Part shown: positions 58,288-64,000 of the stretch, piece by piece
How positions within the stretch are numbered: position 1 is the first letter of the stretch
Layout: each line of letters begins with the position of its first letter
NCBI GenBank assembly: GCA_964423445.1
Contig: CAYREQ010000001.1
Span: 1,732 to 65,731, forward strand
Length of the DNA: 64,000 nucleotides
Source: an uncultured Candidatus Saccharibacteria bacterium
GTDB lineage: Bacteria > Patescibacteriota > Minisyncoccia > Phycocordibacterales > UBA9973
Direction of reading: 5' to 3'
Notes under the pieces: generated by a model
What the model saw: the letters and a program-made list of their open reading frames with translations, nothing else
Databases searched by the model: none
Told to the model about the DNA's origin: nothing
Made by a program: the position numbers and the translations under genes

Positions 58288-58485
58288 CAAATACTAAAAA
58301 AGAGTCCACTACTGGGCTCTTTTTTAGTATTTGTGAAGACGGAGGCATAATTCGTGAGTACACGAATAGCCGAGTCCGGGTCTGGAAAATTTTCTTTTGA
58401 CGAAAAGAAAATTATTGTGGACCACGTAAAAAAAGAACCGCCTGAGAACGCGGTTCTCAGGCGGGGTTTTGTGACTGATTTATGT

Positions 58486-59148
58486 TTAGTCGAAATTATA
58501 TCTCTTCTTTGTTCGAAAAAGGTACTTATTGTCTACATTACCTGGGTAAGTATAGACTTGATTTAAATTACCATTAAGATACCCAAGATGATAATTTTCA
58601 TATTTACCTACGGCAAACATGACTGGGTTACCGATTTTTATCGGCACCATGGCAATGTCAAGTGATTCGTTGATTTTCTCTAGATCAAATTTTGGATCAG
58701 CGAGAATTTCTAGAATATCTCCAGACAAACAAGGCTCGAGCTCGTATTTTGGAGCAGCAGCCAAGAGCTCTCTTTGGGTCCAGTTTCCCGGGTATAACCC
58801 GAGCTCTCTCGGCGAGACGGCAGCAAAATATACTTCTTCTTTGCGGTCATTGAACTTGATTTGTTCTTCGAGTTCGAGCAGGTCGAGCGGTACATGCTCA
58901 CTATAAGATATCTCAAAACCTCTTTTGAGAATTTTGTCCACCAAAATCTTTAAAGGCTTTTTAGTTCCAATGTTTGCCTTCGTCCAAATGTTTTTTTCCC
59001 ATCGAGATGGAATTATCCAAGATTGTTGTTTGCGGAGAAATTTATTAAATTCATCCAGCCACATCCTTCCGTTTTCACCGGAGAGATTTACGTTGAGTTG
59101 GTTTAACGGTCCCTGAGCTTCAGAGAGCGTCACTTGAGTGTTTTTCAT
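58486..59148 (-). CDS. Accessory hypothetical protein
   Basis: Long ORF; WLDEFNKFLRK..SW motif; probable ATG at 59148. Confidence 0.65.
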   Translation of the reverse strand: MKNTQVTLSEAQGPLNQLNVNLSGENGRMWLDEFNKFLRKQQSWIIPSRWEKNIWTKANIGTKKPLKILVDKILKRGFEISYSEHVPLDLLELEEQIKFNDRKEEVYFAAVSPRELGLYPGNWTQRELLAAAPKYELEPCLSGDILEILADPKFDLEKINESLDIAMVPIKIGNPVMFAVGKYENYHLGYLNGNLNQVYTYPGNVDNKYLFRTKKRYNFD

Positions 59149-59286
59149 ATTTTTTAAACAGTCAATATATTCTTTTGAAGAACCATACCTGTACATACGT
59201 AACTGTTTGTACTTTGTAGTCCAAATAAAAATTACTATAGTTTAAGGTTTTTGTACAGTACAAATAAATTAAGGTATAATTTTTTC

Positions 59287-59532
59287 ATGACTCAAATTTC
59301 AAGTGGCACAGTGCATGAAATTCCAGAAGATTTTAAAAAATCTATAAATTTAGACAAAAAAGTGTTTTTATTATGGCAAGACATTACACCACTAGCACGC
59401 AATGAGTGGATTTGCTGGGTTATCTCTCCTAAAAAAATAGAGACTAGAAAAATTCGAATTGAAAAAGCTATATCAAAAATGAGAGGAGGAATGCGTAGGC
59501 CATGCTGCTGGGCTGGATGCACGCATAGGTAA
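59287..59532 (+). CDS. YdeI/OmpD-associated (OmdA) family protein
   Basis: EIPEDF...W..ITPLARNEWICWV...KK.ETR..RI; RPCCWAGC. Confidence 0.85.
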   Translation: MTQISSGTVHEIPEDFKKSINLDKKVFLLWQDITPLARNEWICWVISPKKIETRKIRIEKAISKMRGGMRRPCCWAGCTHR

Positions 59533-59538
59533 TTATAT

Positions 59539-60477
59539 TTACTTTGCGTGGATAGCGAGATATATATCTTCTAGGGCTCGGACGGCGTCGCCAGCGGCTA
59601 TATTGTTTTGATGATAGAGGACATCAGTGCAATCTCCAGCAGCCCAGACTCCCTCTACTTCAGTTTTTTGATTGAGTGGATTTATTTTTACACGGCCAAT
59701 AGCATCTAGTGGCACCAAGTCTTTAGCAAAACTCGTATTTGGTATTTGACCGACTTCTACGAACACACCCGAGACTTTTAATTCATGTTGTTCGCCAGTC
59801 ACAGAGTCTTTGTATAATAGACCTTCTACAAATTTTTCTCCTTGGATTTCTAAAATTTCTACATTTTTAATCGCTTTCATTTTTGGGTTTTTCAAAACTT
59901 TTTCTACTGTGATTTCATCTGCTCGAAAATCTCCACGAGAAAGTAAGGTCACAGATTTACAGTAGGCGAGTAGCTGAGAAGCAGATTCAAATCCAGCATT
60001 TCCTCCACCGACTACGACTACATCCATATCACTGAATAAAGGTCCATCACAAGAGGCACAATAGGTGAGTCCTTTGTGTTCCAAGGTATCAGCATTTTTA
60101 GCTTCCAATTTTCGGCGTCCACTACCGCTAGCTATCAAAACAGTCTTACTTGAAAATTCTTTTCCAGATTCTGTTTTTACTTTGAAATTGCTATCGCCAT
60201 TTGCATCTTTTTCAAGACCAGATACTTTTTCTCCTTCTTTTACTTCTAAGGTTTGTCCTTCCCCTGTATTTGCCAAGACATGGTTTTTAAAACTTTGCGC
60301 TAAATCATTTCCGGATATGGAGTTAGTACCTATCCAATTATAAATTTGCTCAGAGACGATAGATTGTCCACCCCACTCATGAATTAGCATAAGCGTGTTC
60401 AATCTCTTGCGTGCAGCATATACAGCGGCAGCTGTACCTGCAGGACCTCCTCCAATAATTATCAAATCGTATGTCAT
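59539..60477 (-). CDS. trxB: Thioredoxin reductase / AhpF-C-like FAD oxidoreductase
   Basis: IIGGGPAG, YCASCDG, VVGGGN, WAAGD. Confidence 0.85.
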   Translation of the reverse strand: MTYDLIIIGGGPAGTAAAVYAARKRLNTLMLIHEWGGQSIVSEQIYNWIGTNSISGNDLAQSFKNHVLANTGEGQTLEVKEGEKVSGLEKDANGDSNFKVKTESGKEFSSKTVLIASGSGRRKLEAKNADTLEHKGLTYCASCDGPLFSDMDVVVVGGGNAGFESASQLLAYCKSVTLLSRGDFRADEITVEKVLKNPKMKAIKNVEILEIQGEKFVEGLLYKDSVTGEQHELKVSGVFVEVGQIPNTSFAKDLVPLDAIGRVKINPLNQKTEVEGVWAAGDCTDVLYHQNNIAAGDAVRALEDIYLAIHAK

Positions 60478-60598
60478 ATCTATATATTATACACTATTAG
60501 TCAAATTTTTAAATTATATTGACAAAATTGCGTTTTAAATGTATAAACTAGAAGTAGTTGGTTCTTTATTTTTCAATCCACAAGAAGGAGAAAGTGTA

Positions 60599-60886
60599 AT
60601 GGATATGGATATTACAAAAAGACAGGCTTTGCAACAGCGGTTCTTGAATCGCATGATCAAGGGCGCCGGCGGAAAGGAAAAATTTGATTCGGTATTATTT
60701 CTTTTCGATGCGTATCCGAGCTACGCCGAAGAGGTCGGTAAGAGGATTTTCGAAGAAGTCGAAGCGTTGGAAAATTCAGCCATCGCGGAGGATGAGCAGG
60801 ACGAATTTTCTCGCCAGATGAACGATGTCGCGAGAGCTAAGGGGCTCAACCTCGATGACCCCAGGAACAGTATGATGTTTCCTTAG
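60599..60886 (+). CDS. Accessory hypothetical protein
   Basis: TTGACA-17-TATAAA promoter, GAAGGAG SD, GC-richer codons. Confidence 0.6.
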   Translation: MDMDITKRQALQQRFLNRMIKGAGGKEKFDSVLFLFDAYPSYAEEVGKRIFEEVEALENSAIAEDEQDEFSRQMNDVARAKGLNLDDPRNSMMFP

Positions 60887-60899
60887 TTTTAATATCAAA

Positions 60900-60931
60900 A
60901 GGGCGGTTCGTGCATTGCACGAACCGCCCTA
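60900..60931. terminator. Bidirectional terminator
   Basis: AGGGCGGTTCGTGC-ATT-GCACGAACCGCCCT. Confidence 0.8.
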
Positions 60932-60956
60932 AGTTTTTTTATATTTAATTTACTAA

Positions 60957-62144
60957 TTATTTCTTTCGGCGTAAAAATGCAGGGACAGCACTCCAATCAT
61001 CAGCATCATCGTCTATTATTATATCTTCTACTACATTTGTAGGCTTTCGGATAAAGTCATTTGTTGGCTTTGGAGTATTTTGTATTGTATTAGTGATTTC
61101 TTTTTTTGCTTGAGCTACGTTTTCTTCTTTTAATACAGTTTGATTTGAAGTTAGTCCGATACTACCAAAAAGACTTTTCTTTGGAGCGTCAGTAGGGAAT
61201 GATGTAGCTATCACAGTGACTTTTAATTCTCCCTTTTTCAACTTTTCATCACGAATAGTACCAAAGATAACTTTTGCATCTTTGTCTATTGATTCTGTGA
61301 TTATTTTTGCAGCTTCTTGGATTTCTTGGATTGTTAGGTCGTCTCCACCAGATACAGCAAAGAGTACTCCTCGTGCTCCATGTATAGATACTTCAAGGAG
61401 AGGGGAATTTATAGCTCCAAGAGCCGCCTTTTCAGCACGCTTGTCTCCTGATGCAGTACCGATACCCATAAGTGCACTACCAGCATCTTGCATCACAGCT
61501 TTGATATCTGCAAAGTCTACGTTTATGATACCTGGAGTAGTGATAAGGTTTGAGATACCTTCCACAGCTTGGCGAAGTACATCGTCGGCACTAGCGAAAG
61601 CATCTTTGAAATTTGTATTTTTGTCAGCTAATTGTAAAAGCTTGTCATTTGGTATTACGATTATCGCATCTACTTCTTTTGAAAGATTTTCTAGTCCAGC
61701 TTCAGCTATTTTCATGCGGTGATTACCTTCAAAGAAGAAAGGTTTTGTAGTGACAGCCACAGTCAGTATGCCTTGTTCTTTAGCTGCACGAGCTACGATA
61801 GGAGCAGCACCAGTACCTGTACCTCCTCCCATTCCACAAGCGATAAATATCATGTCTGCGCCCTTGATGACATCTTGGATTTCAGATTTTGTTTCTTCAG
61901 CTGCTTTTTTACCGACTTCTGGGTCCATTCCAGCACCTAAGCCCTTTGTGAGGTTCTTTCCAATGTGGATCTTTTTTTCTGCTTTTGAGTGATGTAAATC
62001 CTGAGTATCAGTATTCATACAAATAAATGAAATACCTTGTACTTTTGAATTTATCATGTGGTTTACAGCGTTTTTACCGGAACCACCTATTCCTACTACC
62101 ATTATACGAGCAAAGCTCTCTATTTCTTGGTTTACTTTTGGCAT
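60957..62144 (-). CDS. ftsZ: Cell division protein FtsZ
   Basis: GMGGGTGTG, INVDFAD, C-terminal VPAFLRRK. Confidence 0.97.
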   Translation of the reverse strand: MPKVNQEIESFARIMVVGIGGSGKNAVNHMINSKVQGISFICMNTDTQDLHHSKAEKKIHIGKNLTKGLGAGMDPEVGKKAAEETKSEIQDVIKGADMIFIACGMGGGTGTGAAPIVARAAKEQGILTVAVTTKPFFFEGNHRMKIAEAGLENLSKEVDAIIVIPNDKLLQLADKNTNFKDAFASADDVLRQAVEGISNLITTPGIINVDFADIKAVMQDAGSALMGIGTASGDKRAEKAALGAINSPLLEVSIHGARGVLFAVSGGDDLTIQEIQEAAKIITESIDKDAKVIFGTIRDEKLKKGELKVTVIATSFPTDAPKKSLFGSIGLTSNQTVLKEENVAQAKKEITNTIQNTPKPTNDFIRKPTNVVEDIIIDDDADDWSAVPAFLRRKK

Positions 62145-62232
62145 ATTTTTTCTTACCCTCAAAGAGGCTTAAATTATTAACATTTTGTCTTGTATAAAAA
62201 CATACTACCACTAGGGTAAAAAAAAGCAACGC

Positions 62233-63396
62233 TTAGGGCATGAGCTGTTTCATGCTGGATTTCAAGAGACTTTTTAGGTTATTTAATAGACCACTAAAAG
62301 AATTTGAAGAGTATCCTGTGCCATCTCTACTAGATATCAAAAGTCCAATCACAGTGAACCAAGAAGGATCACGAAGTTTGGTTTTTATGTTTCCAAAAAT
62401 TTCTGTATTACCAATACTGCATGGAAGCTTGAGTGTAGATTTTGCTAATTCTTCTAGTTTGGAAATATTTGCACCACCACCGACAAAAATAATACCAGCA
62501 GGTAATAATTCGGATCTTTTTAATTTTTTCAAATTATTTTCTATAGATTCAAAAATATCACAGAGTCTAGCTTCGATAATTTCATCTGTTTTCTTTTTTG
62601 AAAATTCTTCGGTGTCATGTCCTTGCTTTAAAGACTCTGCTTTTTCAAGTGGAATTTTAAAACCGAGAGCTAGGTCATTTGTAATGTCACAAGAACCGAT
62701 AGAAAAAGTTTGTACTGATATCAAATTTCCATTATCAAAGACAGATAGGGATGTAGTCTCAGCGCCTATATTTACCAAGGCCACACCGACAATCTTTTGT
62801 CTTTCAGTCAATATTATATTTGATAAGGCTATGGGTGAAGCGATGACATCTATGGTCTCTATACCAGCCCTAGCAAGGACATTTATCAAATCCTCCAAAT
62901 GCTGTACAGAGTATGTGACAAACAGAGCTTTGACTTCGAGCTTTGTACCTCGCATGCCGTCTATGCGCCCCATAACTTCTTTTCCATCTAGCTTGAAAGA
63001 TACAGGGTAGACCTGAATTACTTTTTTATTATTTAAATTTAAATTATCTTCGGCGTCTTGGAGAGCTCTATTTATATCTAGATTTGTGACCTCGCCATTT
63101 GCTTTTGAGATGATTGCTTCGCCGGTATTGTTTTCACTTTTTAAACTGACACCACTGACAGAAAGGAAAGCTCTCTTTATTTTTATTCCAGAAGTTTTTT
63201 CTGCTTGAGCTACAGCATTTTGTAGAGATTTTATGACAGAAGTAGAGTCTACGATGTAGCCATGTCGAAGACCAGCGCTCGGAGATTCTCCAACGCCAAT
63301 AATTTTAGGATTTTTTTCTCCTCCTATGAATTCTCCCACTACGACTCGCGTCGTCTGAGAGCCGATGTCTATTCCCACTGAAATACTTCTTATCAT
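62233..63396 (-). CDS. ftsA: Cell division protein FtsA
   Basis: VGIDIGS, NIGAETT, GGGA; upstream of ftsZ. Confidence 0.92.
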   Translation of the reverse strand: MIRSISVGIDIGSQTTRVVVGEFIGGEKNPKIIGVGESPSAGLRHGYIVDSTSVIKSLQNAVAQAEKTSGIKIKRAFLSVSGVSLKSENNTGEAIISKANGEVTNLDINRALQDAEDNLNLNNKKVIQVYPVSFKLDGKEVMGRIDGMRGTKLEVKALFVTYSVQHLEDLINVLARAGIETIDVIASPIALSNIILTERQKIVGVALVNIGAETTSLSVFDNGNLISVQTFSIGSCDITNDLALGFKIPLEKAESLKQGHDTEEFSKKKTDEIIEARLCDIFESIENNLKKLKRSELLPAGIIFVGGGANISKLEELAKSTLKLPCSIGNTEIFGNIKTKLRDPSWFTVIGLLISSRDGTGYSSNSFSGLLNNLKSLLKSSMKQLMP

Positions 63397-63760
63397 ATTT
63401 TTTTTCTCTTCTCTCCATTGTATCACTATGGTCCATACCTTTCAAATGAAGCATTCCGTGTATAACTAAGAATCCCAAGAATTCAGGAAATGTTTTGTCA
63501 AAATCTTTGGCCTCACGCTTTACCACAGCGGGGCAGAGCACGAGCTCGCCCTCATTTTTATGTAAACGGAAAGATAAAACATTTGTAGATTTGTTTTTAC
63601 CACGATAGAGATTGTTTAATCTCTTGGAAGTGTTTTCATCTACATAAGCCACAGATAAAATGTATTTTTTTCCTAGAATATCATTTTTTATTTTCACAAA
63701 AGGCAAGCTTGGTAGCTTGCCTTTTGTTTTATTTATTATTGAAAAGTTTTCTTCAATCAT
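63305..63760 (-). CDS. ybeY: rRNA maturation RNase YbeY
   Basis: LN..YRGK...TNVLSF, HGMLHL.GMDH. Confidence 0.9.
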   Translation of the reverse strand: MIEENFSIINKTKGKLPSLPFVKIKNDILGKKYILSVAYVDENTSKRLNNLYRGKNKSTNVLSFRLHKNEGELVLCPAVVKREAKDFDKTFPEFLGFLVIHGMLHLKGMDHSDTMERREKKYDKKYFSGNRHRLSDDASRSGRIHRRRKKS

Positions 63761-63769
63761 TTTGCGCAA

Positions 63770-63997
63770 TTATTTCATCTTGCCTAGTTTTTTGAGCTTC
63801 TCGATTTCTTTTCTTCGGCTCATTCTCTTTAGGGCACTTCTCTTTAATTTGAGTTTTGATTCTTGTCTCAAATTGTAACGATTCTTTTTTACGTTACGAA
63901 CTATGCCTGATTCTTGCATTTTACGAGTAAAACGGCGCAAAATACTTGCGTTGTTTTCGTTTGGGTTTTTTTCTACTTTTATTACTGCTTTTGCCAT
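63770..63997 (-). CDS. rpsU: 30S ribosomal protein S21 (CPR-type)
   Basis: IKVEK..NE...ILRRF.RK.QESG, basic tail. Confidence 0.75.
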   Translation of the reverse strand: MAKAVIKVEKNPNENNASILRRFTRKMQESGIVRNVKKNRYNLRQESKLKLKRSALKRMSRRKEIEKLKKLGKMK

Positions 63998-64000
63998 GTA

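Noticed and set aside
134-63878. Many antisense or alternate-frame ORFs of 60-250 aa (e.g. 62240-63010, 18127-18612, 51134-51625)
   Set aside because: They overlap well-supported genes and have no motifs or start signals.

Overview
AT-rich bacterial chromosomal window (standard code 11). Gene content and compactness point to a Patescibacteria/CPR organism, probably Parcubacteria; this is inferred from CPR-typical genes, not a database result. Most of the window is housekeeping: infB (partial), iscS, clpB, uppS, typA, mltG, mnmA, alaS, the infA-rpmJ-rpsM-rpsK-rpsD-rpoA-rplQ-rplM-rpsI cluster, grpE/dnaK/dnaJ, cysS, rplU, recR, dnaB, trpS, aspS, prs, pepN, scpAB, mraY, murF, trxB, ftsZ/ftsA, ybeY, rpsU, tRNA-Tyr and tRNA-Glu. 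Small accessory genes are scattered among them. No CRISPR array, transposase or prophage was seen. The most interesting signals are outside the ORF track: (1) a palindromic element with a conserved core but locus-specific perfect inverted arms, present in three copies, one inserted in frame in mnmA; (2) two homologous 26-aa leader peptides (..R[KR]L[LI]FVL*) with antiterminator/terminator pairs; (3) a TrpR/YerC (HisR-like) repressor with three operators whose own His-His-containing 3' end looks like an attenuator leader for a radical SAM gene; (4) widespread -10 box + 6 nt + ATG leaderless-type starts, with Shine-Dalgarno sites largely confined to accessory genes; (5) a GIY-YIG-like plus proteasome-beta-like gene pair. 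All calls are by eye, with no searches run.
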